From a virus (taxonomy: Duplodnaviria; Heunggongvirae; Uroviricota; Caudoviricetes): a stretch of DNA of 36,682 nucleotides. Within the stretch, counting starts at the first letter, position 1. Every line of letters starts with the position of its first letter. A model generated the notes under the pieces. That model was not told where the DNA came from. It worked only from the letters and a program-made list of their open reading frames with translations, and made no database searches. A program made the translations under genes and the position numbers. Location of the stretch: the IMG/VR virus record IMGVR_UViG_2609459792_000013; one strand, written 5' to 3'. Positions 25,972 to 36,424 of this stretch are shown piece after piece.

Positions 25972-26538
25972 ATGCTTATTGGCTATGTACGCGTGTCAAC
26001 AAATGACCAGAACACCGATTTGCAACGTAATGCACTGAACTGCGCGGGATGTGACCGGATTTTTGAGGACAAAATCAGTGGCACTAAGTCCGACAGACCG
26101 GGGCTTAAAAAACTGCTCAGGACACTATCGGCAGGAGACACGCTGGTTGTCTGGAAGCTGGACAGACTGGGTCGCAGTATGCGGCATCTTGTTACGCTGA
26201 TAGAAGAGTTGCGCCAGCGTGGTGTGAATTTCCGAAGCCTGACTGACAGTATTGATACCAGTACCCCAATGGGCCGTTTCTTTTTTCATGTCATGGGGGC
26301 TCTGGCTGAAATGGAACGCGAACTGATAGTTGAACGAACCAGGGCAGGGCTGGCTGCAGCTCGTGCCAAAGGCAGAGTAGGTGGACGCCGTCCTAAGTTG
26401 ACCACCGAACAGTGGGCACAGATTGGGCGTTTACTCGAGGCCGGAGAATCAAGACAGCGTATTGCACTGATTTTTGATGTGGGCGTTTCTACCATTTATA
26501 GAAAATTTCCGGCAAATAAGAGCAGTGAATCCCCCTGA
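25972..26538 (+). CDS. Serine site-specific DNA invertase (Gin/Hin/Pin/Cin family)
   Basis: ATG at 25972 gives MLIGYVRVSTNDQNTDLQRNAL..., near-collinear with Mu Gin as I recall it, including the catalytic Ser in YVRVS and a C-terminal HTH. Track ORF begins upstream at 25927. Confidence 0.9.
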   Translation: MLIGYVRVSTNDQNTDLQRNALNCAGCDRIFEDKISGTKSDRPGLKKLLRTLSAGDTLVVWKLDRLGRSMRHLVTLIEELRQRGVNFRSLTDSIDTSTPMGRFFFHVMGALAEMERELIVERTRAGLAAARAKGRVGGRRPKLTTEQWAQIGRLLEAGESRQRIALIFDVGVSTIYRKFPANKSSESP

Positions 26539-26585
26539 ATCAGCATAATTTTGATTATCCCTGCAAGTAGACAAATACCGTCATT

Positions 26586-26603
26586 TTGTGTGAATAACTG
26601 TAC
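26586..26603 (+). promoter_or_regulatory. Late-promoter activator dyad TGT-N12-ACA upstream of FI
   Basis: TGTGTGAATAACTGTACA; centre is 86.5 bp upstream of the FI ATG, the same geometry as the O site. Confidence 0.55.
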
Positions 26604-26680
26604 AACTACACTTAGCTGTTTGTCGGGCACAATCACTTCAACATAGGGCGAAGCCTAATCCAATCAGGAGGTTCGCCGCT

Positions 26681-27853
26681 ATGGCTCAGGATTACCACCA
26701 CGGGGTGCGCGTTGTTGAAATCAACGAAGGCACCCGATCCATTACCACGGTGAGCACCGCCATCGTGGGTATGGTCTGCACGGGCGATGATGCCGATGCA
26801 AAAATGTTTCCTCTTAATAAACCCGTGCTGATCACTGATGTGCTGACTGCCAGCGGTAAAGCGGGGGAGTCCGGTACGCTGGCCCGTTCGCTGGATGCCA
26901 TCGCTGACCAGGCAAAACCCGTGACCATTGTTGTGCGTGTGCCGCAGGGTGAAACGGAAGACGAAACCACGACCAATATCATCGGCGCAGTGACTGCTGA
27001 AGGTAAAAAAACAGGTATGAAAGCCCTGTTATCTGCCCAGTCACAGCTCGGCGTTAAACCGCGCATTCTCGGCGTGCCAGGCCACGACACCAAGGCGGTA
27101 GCTACTGAGTTGCTGAGCGTGGCGCAAAGCCTGCGTGGATTTGCTTACCTGTCAGCGTATGGCTGCAAGACAGTGCAGGAGGCGATCACTTACCGCGAAA
27201 ACTTCAGCCAGCGCGAAGGGATGCTGATCTGGCCTGACTTTACTGGCTGGGACACGGTGCTGAATGCCGAAGCAACGGCATATGCCACCGCCCGTGCGCT
27301 TGGTCTGCGCGCCAAAATTGACGAGCAGACCGGATGGCACAAAAGCCTGTCCAACGTGGGCGTGAACGGTGTCACCGGAATTTCTGCAGATGTGTTCTGG
27401 GATCTGCAGGACCCGGCAACCGATGCAGGTCTGCTGAACCAGAACGACGTCACCACGCTTGTGCGTAAAGACGGTTTCCGCTTCTGGGGTTCCCGCTGCC
27501 TGAGTGATGACCCGCTCTTTGCCTTCGAAAACTACACCCGCACGGCGCAGGTGCTGATGGACACGATGGCAGAAGCACACATGTGGGCGGTGGATAAACC
27601 GCTTAACCCGTCGCTGGCCCGCGACATTATCGAAGGTATCCGCGCCAAAATGCGCAGCCTGGTCAGTCAGGGCTATCTCATTGGTGGTGATTGCTGGCTG
27701 GATGAGTCGGTGAACGACAAAGACACGCTGAAAGCCGGAAAACTCACCATCGACTACGACTACACGCCAGTGCCGCCACTTGAAAACCTGATGCTGCGTC
27801 AGCGCATCACCGATCAGTACCTGGTGAATTTCGCCAGCCAGGTCAGCGCGTAA
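26681..27853 (+). CDS. FI: Tail sheath protein (gpFI-like)
   Basis: 390 aa; AGGAGG RBS; followed by tube, E/E' and tape measure as in P2. Confidence 0.9.
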   Translation: MAQDYHHGVRVVEINEGTRSITTVSTAIVGMVCTGDDADAKMFPLNKPVLITDVLTASGKAGESGTLARSLDAIADQAKPVTIVVRVPQGETEDETTTNIIGAVTAEGKKTGMKALLSAQSQLGVKPRILGVPGHDTKAVATELLSVAQSLRGFAYLSAYGCKTVQEAITYRENFSQREGMLIWPDFTGWDTVLNAEATAYATARALGLRAKIDEQTGWHKSLSNVGVNGVTGISADVFWDLQDPATDAGLLNQNDVTTLVRKDGFRFWGSRCLSDDPLFAFENYTRTAQVLMDTMAEAHMWAVDKPLNPSLARDIIEGIRAKMRSLVSQGYLIGGDCWLDESVNDKDTLKAGKLTIDYDYTPVPPLENLMLRQRITDQYLVNFASQVSA

Positions 27854-27862
27854 GGGGACAAC

Positions 27863-28378
27863 ATGGCTTTACCACGCAAATTAAAACACCTGAACCTGTT
27901 TAACGACGGGAACAACTGGCAGGGGATCGTTGAGTCGCTGACGCTGCCGAAATTTACCCGCAAATATGAGAAGTATCGCGGCGGCGGAATGCCGGGTGCG
28001 GTGGATGTGGATCTGGGGCTTGATGACAGTGCACTGGACACAGAATTTTCCATTGGTGGTACTGAATTGCTGCTGTTTAAACAGATGGGTAAAGCCACGG
28101 TGGATGGCATCCAGCTGCGCTTTACCGGCTCTATTCAGCGTGACGATACCGGGGAAGTGCAGGCCGTGGAGCTTGTCGTGCGTGGACGTCACAAAGAAGT
28201 GGATTCCGGCGAGTGGAAGACGGGCGAAAGCAACACCACCAAAGTGACCAGTACCAACAGCTACGCGAAGCTGACCATCAATGGTGAGGTGCTCTATGAA
28301 GTGGACCTTATCAACATGGTGGAAATTGTGGACGGTGTGGACCTGATGGAAGCGCACCGCAACGCCCTCGGCCTCTGA
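27863..28378 (+). CDS. FII: Tail tube protein (gpFII-like)
   Basis: 171 aa directly after the sheath gene. Confidence 0.85.
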   Translation: MALPRKLKHLNLFNDGNNWQGIVESLTLPKFTRKYEKYRGGGMPGAVDVDLGLDDSALDTEFSIGGTELLLFKQMGKATVDGIQLRFTGSIQRDDTGEVQAVELVVRGRHKEVDSGEWKTGESNTTKVTSTNSYAKLTINGEVLYEVDLINMVEIVDGVDLMEAHRNALGL

Positions 28379-28432
28379 TATATCTGAACGGCGCGGGATA
28401 CCGCGCCAGAACCCAATTGACAGGACAGCAAA

Positions 28433-28735
28433 ATGAGCGATAAGCAGACTGAAAAGACCATTCAACTGGATACCCCCATCAAGCGCGGTAAAACAGAAAT
28501 CACCGAAATTGTGCTGCGTAAACCGCAGTCCGGTGCGCTGCGCGGTACACGCCTGCAGGCCATTATGGATATGGATGTAAACGCGATGATGACCGTGATC
28601 CCCCGCATCTCCAGTCCGGCACTGACTGCACAGGAAATTGCAGAGATGGACCCGGCAGATCTCACTGCCATGTCGGTTGAGGTTGTCACTTTTTTGTTGA
28701 AGAAGTCGGTGCTTGCCGGTTTACCGACAGCCTGA
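28433..28735 (+). CDS. E: Tail assembly chaperone gpE-like (zero-frame product)
   Basis: 100 aa; contains the slippery heptamer near its 3' end. Confidence 0.8.
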   Translation: MSDKQTEKTIQLDTPIKRGKTEITEIVLRKPQSGALRGTRLQAIMDMDVNAMMTVIPRISSPALTAQEIAEMDPADLTAMSVEVVTFLLKKSVLAGLPTA

Positions 28736-28869
28736 CGGTTGACGATCTGGTGGCAGATATCGCCACCATTTTTCACTGGCCGCCATTCGTTACTGACGTT
28801 ATGCCGCTGACCGAAGTGCTGGAATGGCGGTATAAAGCGATTCAGAGAAGCGGGGCCAACGATGAGTGA
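28690..28869 (+). other. Programmed -1 frameshift site and E' extension (E+E' = 28433..28696 then -1 frame to 28869)
   Basis: Slippery heptamer T_TTT_TTG at 28690-28696 in the E frame; the -1 frame is open for 58 codons to TGA at 28867-28869, overlapping the T start, as in P2 E/E'. Confidence 0.7.
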
Positions 28870-31800
28870 TAACAACCTGCGTCTGCAGGTCATTCTTAAT
28901 GCGGTTGACAAGCTCACCCGCCCATTTCGATCTGCGCAGGCCAGTTCAAGAGAACTGGCTGCTGCTGTCAAAAAATCCCGCGATGCAATAAAGCAGCTTG
29001 ATCAGGCCGGGAGCAGTCTGGACAGCTTCCGAAAGCTGCAGGCAGAAAATCAGAAATTAGGCGACAGGCTGAACTATGCCCGCCAGCGTGCAAATTTGCT
29101 CAGTCAGGAACTGGGAGCGATGGGGCCGCCTTCGCAACGTCAGGTTGTTGCTCTGGGCCGTCAACGGCTGGCTGTTCAGCGCCTGGAAGAACGCCAGAAA
29201 AAGCTGCAGCAGCAGACGGCGCTTGTGCGTGCTGAACTGTACCGGGCGGGAATTTCTGCGAAAGACGATGCGGGAGCAACTGCCCGTTTAGCCCGTGAAA
29301 CATCACGTTATAACCAGGAACTTTCGAAACAGGAGGCGCGGCTGAAGCGACTGGGGGAAGCTCAGCGCAGGATGAATGCAGCGCGTGCCAGTTATGCCCG
29401 TTCGCTGGAGGTGCGTGATCGTATTGCAGGTGCCGGAGCCACCACCACGGCTGCAGGGCTGGCAATGGGTGCGCCAGTGATGGCGGCAGTAAAAAGCTAT
29501 ACCAGCATGGAAGATGCCATGAAAGGTGTGGCAAAGCAGGTCAATGGTCTGCGTGACGATAATGGCAACCGCACTGCACGTTTTTATGAAATGCAGGATG
29601 CCATCAAGGCTGCCAGCGAACAGTTGCCGATGGAAAACGGTGCGGTGGACTTCGCTGCACTGGTTGAAGGTGGTGCGCGCATGAACGTCGCAAACCCTGA
29701 CGACAGCTGGGAAGATCAGAAACGTGACCTGCTGGCCTTCGCCAGTACGGCAGCAAAGGCGGCAACAGCCTTTGAGCTGCCAGCGGATGAACTGTCAGAA
29801 AGTCTGGGGAAAATCGCCCAGCTCTACAAAATCCCCACCCGCAATATTGAACAGCTCGGTGATGCGCTGAACTATCTGGATGATAACGCCATGTCGAAAG
29901 GGGCAGACATCATTGATGTGATGCAACGTCTGGGCGGTGTGGCTGACCGTCTGGATTATCGTAAAGCGGCGGCGCTGGGTTCCACCTTCCTGACACTGGG
30001 CGCTGCGCCAGAGGTTGCAGCCAGTGCAGCAAACGCGATGGTGCGTGAATTGTCCATTGCCACCATGCAAAGCAAGAGTTTCTTTGAAGGGATGAATCTG
30101 CTGAAACTCAATCCTGAAGTGATTGAAAAGCAGATGACGAAGGATGCGATGGGAACCATCCAGCGCGTGCTGGAGAAGGTAAACGCGCTGCCGCAGGACA
30201 AGCGCCTGTCTGCCATGACTATGTTGTTTGGTAAAGAGTTTGGCGATGACGCGGCGAAACTGGCAAACAACCTGCCGGAACTGCAGCGTCAGTTAAAACT
30301 GACAGCGGGCAATGATGCGCTCGGCTCCATGCAGAAAGAATCCGACATTAACAAGGATTCACTTTCTGCGCAGTGGTTGCTGGTCAAAACCGGAGCGCAG
30401 AACACCTTCAGCAGCCTGGGCGAAACGCTGCGCCAGCCGCTGATGGATATTCTGTACACGGTGAAAAGCGTCACGGGGGCGTTGCGTCGCTGGGTGGAAG
30501 CTAACCCGGAACTGACAGGCACACTGATGAAAGCATCGGCTGTTGTGGCTGCGGTTACCGTCGGCCTCGGCACCTTAGCGGTGGCGCTGGCTGCAGTGCT
30601 GGGGCCGCTGGCAGTGATCCGTCTGGGATTCTCTGTGTTGGGTATCAAAACGTTATCTTCCGTTACGGCAGCAGTAACTCGAACCAGCAGCGCGTTGTCC
30701 TGGCTGGCTGGCGCACCACTGGCACTGCTGCGACGCGGGCTTGCTTCATCGGGCAACGCCGCAGGTTTACTTACTGCGCCGTTGTCGTCTTTGCGCCGCA
30801 CGGCATCACTGACGGGAAATGTCCTGAAAACTGTAGCAGGTGCGCCGGTTGCACTTTTGCGGTCTGGATTATCCGGTTTACGTGCTGTTGCTGTGATGTT
30901 TATGAATCCTCTGGCGGTACTGCGCGGTGGACTGGCCGCCGCAGGCACGGTGCTGCGAGTACTGGCATCTGGTCCACTGGCGATGCTGCGCGTTGCCCTG
31001 TATGCCATATCTGGTCTGTTAGGTGCTCTGCTCAGTCCGATAGGTCTTGTGGTTACTGCACTGGCGGGCGTGGCGCTGGTTGTCTGGAAATACTGGCAAC
31101 CCATCACCGCATTTCTCGGTGGCGTGGTGGAAGGATTCAAAGCGGCGGCAGGTCCCATCAGTGCAGCGTTCGAACCGCTTAAGCCCGTGTTCCAGTGGAT
31201 TGGCGACAAAGTGCAGGCGCTGTGGGGCTGGTTTACTGATCTGCTGACGCCCGTTAAGTCGACCTCTGCCGAACTGCAGAGCGCAGCGGCAATGGGGCGA
31301 CGATTCGGGGAGGCACTGGCAGAAGGGCTGAATATGGTCATGCATCCGCTGGACTCCCTGAAATCCGGCGTTTCCTGGTTGCTGGAGAAACTCGGCATTG
31401 TCAGTAAAGAGGCTGCAAAGGCGAAACTGCCGGAAAGCGTGACGCGTCAGCAACCTGCGACGGTGAATGCAGACGGTAAAGTGATGATGCCATCGGGTGA
31501 TTTTCCGTCATGGGGATATGGCTTTGCGGGGATGTATGACAGCGGCGGCTATATCCCGCGCGGGCAGTTTGGCATCGTCGGTGAAAACGGGCCGGAAATT
31601 GTTAACGGCCCGGCAAACGTGACCAGCCGGAGAAATACAGCTGCACTGGCTGCCGTTGTCGCCGGAATGATGGGTGTTGCTGCCGCGCCAGCAGAGCTTC
31701 CACCGTTGCATCCTTTGGCGCTTCCCGCAAAAGGCGGTGAAGCGATGGTGAGTCGTGCAGCTACTGTGCCGCCCGTTCAACGGCTTGAGGCACCGACGCA

Positions 31801-31939
31801 GATCATCATTCAGACGCAGCCAGGACAAAGTGCGCAGGATATTGCGCGAGAGGTGGCCCGCCAGCTTGATGAACGTGAACGCAGGCTGAAGGCAAAAGCC
31901 AGGAGTAACTACAGCGATCAGGGGGGATACGACGCATGA
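28862..31939 (+). CDS. T: Tail tape measure protein (gpT-like)
   Basis: 1025 aa; coiled-coil N-terminal half and Ala/Gly/Leu-rich repeat region; position after E/E'. Confidence 0.9.
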   Translation: MSDNNLRLQVILNAVDKLTRPFRSAQASSRELAAAVKKSRDAIKQLDQAGSSLDSFRKLQAENQKLGDRLNYARQRANLLSQELGAMGPPSQRQVVALGRQRLAVQRLEERQKKLQQQTALVRAELYRAGISAKDDAGATARLARETSRYNQELSKQEARLKRLGEAQRRMNAARASYARSLEVRDRIAGAGATTTAAGLAMGAPVMAAVKSYTSMEDAMKGVAKQVNGLRDDNGNRTARFYEMQDAIKAASEQLPMENGAVDFAALVEGGARMNVANPDDSWEDQKRDLLAFASTAAKAATAFELPADELSESLGKIAQLYKIPTRNIEQLGDALNYLDDNAMSKGADIIDVMQRLGGVADRLDYRKAAALGSTFLTLGAAPEVAASAANAMVRELSIATMQSKSFFEGMNLLKLNPEVIEKQMTKDAMGTIQRVLEKVNALPQDKRLSAMTMLFGKEFGDDAAKLANNLPELQRQLKLTAGNDALGSMQKESDINKDSLSAQWLLVKTGAQNTFSSLGETLRQPLMDILYTVKSVTGALRRWVEANPELTGTLMKASAVVAAVTVGLGTLAVALAAVLGPLAVIRLGFSVLGIKTLSSVTAAVTRTSSALSWLAGAPLALLRRGLASSGNAAGLLTAPLSSLRRTASLTGNVLKTVAGAPVALLRSGLSGLRAVAVMFMNPLAVLRGGLAAAGTVLRVLASGPLAMLRVALYAISGLLGALLSPIGLVVTALAGVALVVWKYWQPITAFLGGVVEGFKAAAGPISAAFEPLKPVFQWIGDKVQALWGWFTDLLTPVKSTSAELQSAAAMGRRFGEALAEGLNMVMHPLDSLKSGVSWLLEKLGIVSKEAAKAKLPESVTRQQPATVNADGKVMMPSGDFPSWGYGFAGMYDSGGYIPRGQFGIVGENGPEIVNGPANVTSRRNTAALAAVVAGMMGVAAAPAELPPLHPLALPAKGGEAMVSRAATVPPVQRLEAPTQIIIQTQPGQSAQDIAREVARQLDERERRLKAKARSNYSDQGGYDA

Positions 31940-32421
31940 TGATGGTGCTGGGATTGTACGTGTTTATGCTGCGCACCGTGCCGTATCAGGAACTGCAGTA
32001 TCAACGCAGCTGGCGACATGCGGCTAACAGCCGGGTAAATCGTCGTCCGTCCACGCAGTTTCTGGGACCGGATAACGACATGCTGACGCTTTCCGGTGTT
32101 CTTATGCCGGAGATAACAGGCGGCAGGCTGTCGTTGCTGGCACTGGAGCAGATGGCAGAACAGGGGAAAGCATGGCCCCTGATTGAAGGCAGTGGCACGA
32201 TTTATGGCATGTATGTGATTGAGGGACTGAATCAGACTAAAACGGAGTTTTTCCGCGACGGTATGCCGCGCCGGATTGAGTTCACCCTGTCGCTCAAACG
32301 GGTGGATGAATCCCTGTCCGATATATTCGGTGATCTCAGTGCGCAACTGAATAATCTGCAGGACACAGCAACGTCTGCCTTAAGCGATATCAGTAAAACG
32401 GTGGGAGGGCTGCTGTCATGA
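31936..32421 (+). CDS. U: Tail protein U (gpU-like)
   Basis: 161 aa; start overlaps the T stop. Confidence 0.8.
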   Translation: MMMVLGLYVFMLRTVPYQELQYQRSWRHAANSRVNRRPSTQFLGPDNDMLTLSGVLMPEITGGRLSLLALEQMAEQGKAWPLIEGSGTIYGMYVIEGLNQTKTEFFRDGMPRRIEFTLSLKRVDESLSDIFGDLSAQLNNLQDTATSALSDISKTVGGLLS

Positions 32422-33518
32422 ATTTCAGCTCTGAACTGCTTAACAAAGGCAACAAAACTCCCGCATTCAGCATCAGTATTGAGGGCAGGGATATCACCAC
32501 TGTGCTGGATAACCGCCTGATGAGTTTGACGCTGACGGACAATCGGGGCTTTGAAGCGGACCAGCTTGATCTGGAGCTGGACGACGCCGACGGAAAAATC
32601 GTGCTGCCGCGCCGTGGTGCGGTTATTACGCTGGCGCTGGGCTGGAAGGGGCAGCCGCTTTTCCCGAAAGGGGCATTCACGGTGGACGAGATTGAACACA
32701 CTGGCGCACCGGACCGCCTGACTATCCGGGCGCGAAGTGCTGATTTTCGTGAAACGCTGAATACCCGCCGTGAAAAGTCGTGGCACAAGACCACCGTCGG
32801 GGAAGTGGTGAAGGAAATAGCTGTGCGGCACAAACTGAAGATGGCATTGGGTAAAGACCTGTCAGATAAACCCGTGGAACATATAGACCAGACCAATGAG
32901 AGTGACGGCAGTTTTCTGATGCGGCTGGCGCGCCAGTACGGTGCTATTGCGTCGGTGAAAAATGGCAATCTGTTATTCATCCGGCAGGGACAGGGTAAAA
33001 GCGCCAGCGGTAAACCACTACCGGTTATCACTATCACACGTAAGGACGGCGACAGTCACCGCTTTACCCTGGCAGATCGCGGAGCCTACACGGGCGTAAT
33101 TGCCAGCTGGTTGCATACCCGCGAACCCGCGAAGAATGAAAGCACCACGGTGAAGCGTAAGCGCAGGACTAAGAAGCAGAAGAAAGAGCCGGAAGCGAAG
33201 CAGGGCGATTACCTGGTGGGTACAGATGAAAACGTGCTGGTACTTAATCGCACCTATGCCAACCGGAGCAACGCCGAACGGGCGGCGAAAATGCAGTGGG
33301 AACGCCTGCAACGCGGCGTTGCGTCATTCTCGCTACAACTGGCAGAAGGTCGGGCAGATCTCTACACGGAAATGCCAGTGAAAGTCAGTGGCTTTAAACA
33401 GCCGATAGATGATGCGGAATGGACCATTACGACTCTGACGCATACCGTCAGCCCCGATAACGGTTTTACAACCAGTCTGGAGCTTGAAGTGAGGATTGAT
33501 GATTTCGAAATGGAATGA
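32418..33518 (+). CDS. D: Tail protein D (gpD-like, late control D family)
   Basis: 366 aa; last late structural gene before the ogr-like gene. Confidence 0.85.
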   Translation: MNFSSELLNKGNKTPAFSISIEGRDITTVLDNRLMSLTLTDNRGFEADQLDLELDDADGKIVLPRRGAVITLALGWKGQPLFPKGAFTVDEIEHTGAPDRLTIRARSADFRETLNTRREKSWHKTTVGEVVKEIAVRHKLKMALGKDLSDKPVEHIDQTNESDGSFLMRLARQYGAIASVKNGNLLFIRQGQGKSASGKPLPVITITRKDGDSHRFTLADRGAYTGVIASWLHTREPAKNESTTVKRKRRTKKQKKEPEAKQGDYLVGTDENVLVLNRTYANRSNAERAAKMQWERLQRGVASFSLQLAEGRADLYTEMPVKVSGFKQPIDDAEWTITTLTHTVSPDNGFTTSLELEVRIDDFEME

Positions 33519-33608
33519 TTCTTCGCAATGGAGAACTTTTAAGTTTGCAAAATGGAATAATGCGGTATCATTATTGTGAATTTAGCAAAAATGGGGAGAA
33601 CTCGAAAA

Positions 33609-33827
33609 ATGATGATTTGCCCACTGTGTGGAAGTGCCGCCCATACTCGCAGCAGTTTTCAGGTATCTTCATTGACCAAAGAGCGTTACAACCAGTGCCA
33701 GAACATTAACTGCAGCCATACTTTTGTTACCCATGAAACTTTTGTTCGTTCGATTGCAACGCCAAAAGAGTCAAATCCGGTTCAGCCGCATCCAATGAAA
33801 TCAGGACAGGTGGCGCTCTCTCTTTGA
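33609..33827 (+). CDS. ogr: Late-gene transcriptional activator, zinc finger (P2 Ogr / 186 B-like)
   Basis: ATG at 33609 gives MMICPLCGSAAHTR...QCQNINCSHTF (C-x2-C...C-x4-C), resembling recalled P2 Ogr; last phage gene before the host junction. Confidence 0.8.
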   Translation: MMICPLCGSAAHTRSSFQVSSLTKERYNQCQNINCSHTFVTHETFVRSIATPKESNPVQPHPMKSGQVALSL

Positions 33828-33907
33828 CGCTGCCGCCATTTTGTCGCCATCGTTAAAAAACAGTGTTTCTAACATCATGATTTTAAACAGCTTAAATTTC
33901 AGGCAAC

Positions 33908-33950
33908 AAAAAACCCATCAACCTTGAACCGAAATGGCGGGGTTGATGGG
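33908..33950 (-). terminator. Rho-independent terminator candidate for the minus strand (downstream of ybjL)
   Basis: Perfect 10-bp stem CCCATCAACC / GGTTGATGGG (33914-33923 and 33941-33950) with a 17-nt loop, followed on the minus strand by a run of six T (plus-strand AAAAAA at 33908-33913). Confidence 0.5.
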
Positions 33951-34062
33951 CTCCACAAAATGGGGACATCAAAGAAAAGCAGTGGCACTAATTAAGACTG
34001 ATGCCCTGCGGAAAAGTTCTGCGGTTGTGCAAAAAAATTTCATTTTCAGGGCAACTTCAGTT

Positions 34063-35748
34063 TTATCCTAATCCTGGCCATACCATGACGATGATTGTCC
34101 CTGCCAGCGTCAGCAGGACGTTGGCGATTGCGTAGGTGCCCGCATAGCCCAGCGCAGGGATGTTACTGCGAGCTGTATCACTGATGATCTCCATTGCCGG
34201 CGCGCAGGTGCGTGCGCCCATCATTGCGCCGAACAACAGTGCGCGGTTCATTCGCAATACATAAGCACCGAACAAGAAACAGATAACCACGGGCACAAGA
34301 CTGACAATTAATCCGGCAATCAACATCTGACCGCCAATCGCGCCCAGGCCGTTATTAATACCGCTACCGGCGCTCAGACCAACGCCTGCCATAAACACCA
34401 TCAAGCCGAACTCTTTCACCATGCTTAATGCACCTTGCGGAATGTAACCGAAGGTCGGGTGGTTAGCACGCATAAAGCCCAGCATAATTCCGGCGAATAA
34501 CAACCCGGCAGCGTTCCCCATGCCGAAACTGAATGTGCTGAACTGGAAGGTGATCATCCCGATCATCAGCCCAATAACAAAGAAGGCGCAAAATGCCAGC
34601 AGGTCAGTGACCTGGCTGTGAATCGAGATAAAGCCGATGCGATCGGCGATGGTTTTTACGCGACGGGCATCACCGCTGACTTGTAAAACGTCACCTTTGT
34701 TAAGCACGACGTTGTCATCTATCGGCATCTCAATCTGGCTACGAATGACGCGGTTAAGGAAGCAACCGTGATCGGTCAACTTCAGTTGTGCGAGACGTTT
34801 ACCTACAGCGTTATGGTTTTTAACGACCACTTCTTCAGTGACGATACGCATGTCGAGAAGGTCACGATCGAAAACTTCTTTACCGTTACGGAAGCTGGGA
34901 TCGAGTCGGGCATGGGCGTCGGGATAGCCTACCAACGCTATTTCATCGCCCATTTGTAGCACGGCATCACCGTCTGGATTTGCCAGAATCCCGTTACGTC
35001 GAATACGTTCAATGTAGCAGCCGGTTTGTCGATAAATACCCAGTTCACGCAGATTTTTGCCGTCGGTCCAGGCCACCAGCTCCGGGCCGACGCGATAGGC
35101 GCGGATCACCGGTAAATAAACCTTACGGTTGGCATCAGTGTCCAGGCCACGTTCGCGGGCGATTTGCTGGGCGCTGGTCTGTAAGTCCTGATGCTGCAAT
35201 TTCGGCAAGTAACGCGCACCAACAATCAAACTCACCAGACCGATTAAATAGGTTAAGGCATACCCGAGGCTCAGATTATCCAGTGCCAGTGAGAGCTGCC
35301 TGCTTTCCATGCCGAAATGACGCAGTGTATCGCCAGCACCGACCAGAACCGGTGTCGACGTCATAGAGCCTGCTAACATACCGGCCGTCAGGCCAATATC
35401 CCAGCCAAACAGCTTACCTAACCCTAAGGCGATCACCAGCGCACTGCCAACCATCACCAGTGCTAACATTAGGTAATTTTTCCCATCGCGAAAAAAAATG
35501 GAAAAAAAGTTCGGTCCGGCTTCGACCCCGACGCAGAAAATAAACAGCATAAAGCCAAGATTAAGCGCATCGGTGTTAATGCTGAAATGTTGTTGGCCTA
35601 ATAACAGCGATACGACTAAAACGCCAATGGAATTACCCAGTTGGATCGAACCAAGTCGTAACTTTCCGAGACATAGCCCAAGCGCGAGGACCACAAATAA
35701 TAACAGAATGTAATTCCCATTTAACAATTCGGCGACGTTTATATTCAC
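34063..35748 (-). CDS. ybjL: Putative transport protein YbjL-like (AAE-family membrane transporter), host gene
   Basis: 561 aa, multi-TM with a central soluble TrkA-C-like region; length and sequence match my recollection of E. coli YbjL. Confidence 0.8.
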   Translation of the reverse strand: MNINVAELLNGNYILLLFVVLALGLCLGKLRLGSIQLGNSIGVLVVSLLLGQQHFSINTDALNLGFMLFIFCVGVEAGPNFFSIFFRDGKNYLMLALVMVGSALVIALGLGKLFGWDIGLTAGMLAGSMTSTPVLVGAGDTLRHFGMESRQLSLALDNLSLGYALTYLIGLVSLIVGARYLPKLQHQDLQTSAQQIARERGLDTDANRKVYLPVIRAYRVGPELVAWTDGKNLRELGIYRQTGCYIERIRRNGILANPDGDAVLQMGDEIALVGYPDAHARLDPSFRNGKEVFDRDLLDMRIVTEEVVVKNHNAVGKRLAQLKLTDHGCFLNRVIRSQIEMPIDDNVVLNKGDVLQVSGDARRVKTIADRIGFISIHSQVTDLLAFCAFFVIGLMIGMITFQFSTFSFGMGNAAGLLFAGIMLGFMRANHPTFGYIPQGALSMVKEFGLMVFMAGVGLSAGSGINNGLGAIGGQMLIAGLIVSLVPVVICFLFGAYVLRMNRALLFGAMMGARTCAPAMEIISDTARSNIPALGYAGTYAIANVLLTLAGTIIVMVWPGLG

Positions 35749-36017
35749 GGAGGCTAACTTCTTGTTTACTAGTAAGCTGTTGAAAGAAATGGTAATTTAC
35801 GATAATGTTTTTTACCAGAATTCAGGGCGCAGATTCATTCAGCGCACCTAAACGATAGTAAAGTAACAATATATTTTACTAGTGTAATCACATTAGGTAT
35901 CAACGGCTATATGAATTGCGTTGGCCTATATTAGCATGGAATGCGAAGCGGCTTTATCTTACTGAACGCCACACTGGCGAAAAATGTGTTCGATAGACGC
36001 AGTGTCAGGAGGAACGA

Positions 36018-36395
36018 GTGAAACATAAACAACGTTGGGCGGGGGCAATCTGCTGTTTTGTCCTCTTCATTGTGGTGTGCCTTTTTCTGGCGACGCACAT
36101 GAAAGGCGCTTTTCGGGCTGCCGGGCATCCTGAAATCGGCTTGCTATTTTTCATTCTTCCTGGAGCAGTTGCCAGTTTCTTTTCACAGCGTAGAGAAGTC
36201 CTGAAACCTCTATTTGGCGCAATGCTGGCGGCACCCTGTTCAATGCTCATTATGCGGCTGTTTTTTTCACCGACGCGCTCATTCTGGCAAGAGCTGGCAT
36301 GGTTACTAAGCGCGGTGTTCTGGTGTGCGCTGGGGGCACTGTGTTTCTTATTTATCAGTAGTTTGTTTAAACCACAGCACAGAAAAAATCAGTAA
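36018..36395 (+). CDS. ybjM: Inner membrane protein YbjM-like, host gene
   Basis: 125 aa, GTG start with GGAGG RBS; four hydrophobic helices; adjacent to grxA as in E. coli. Confidence 0.75.
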   Translation: MKHKQRWAGAICCFVLFIVVCLFLATHMKGAFRAAGHPEIGLLFFILPGAVASFFSQRREVLKPLFGAMLAAPCSMLIMRLFFSPTRSFWQELAWLLSAVFWCALGALCFLFISSLFKPQHRKNQ

Positions 36396-36424
36396 AGCCC
36401 TCAACGCGAGGGCTTGTCAGACGA

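Larger units (their letters stand above)
1..33950. mobile_element. P2/186-like (Peduovirus-type) prophage, nearly complete; attL lies left of the window, right boundary approximate
   Basis: Gene order int-cI-apl-cII-A-cos-Q-P-O-N-M-L-X-lysis-R-S-V-W-J-I-H-G-FI-FII-E-T-U-D-ogr matches the P2/186 map; host-like genes begin at 34063. Window starts at the int stop codon, so attL is not visible; attR expected between 33828 and 34062. Confidence 0.85.

Noticed and set aside
28462-28971. 169-aa minus-strand ORF spanning the E/E'-T junction
   Set aside because: Overlaps the conserved E/E' frameshift region and the T start on the opposite strand; the plus-strand E' frame explains the open region.
30289-31453. 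369-aa and 144-aa minus-strand ORFs inside tape measure gene T
   Set aside because: Antisense within the 1025-aa tape measure gene; low-complexity Ala/Ser/Pro-rich product; no start context.
32232-33037. 199-aa and 215-aa minus-strand ORFs inside genes U and D
   Set aside because: Antisense to two confident tail genes; most likely frame artefacts.
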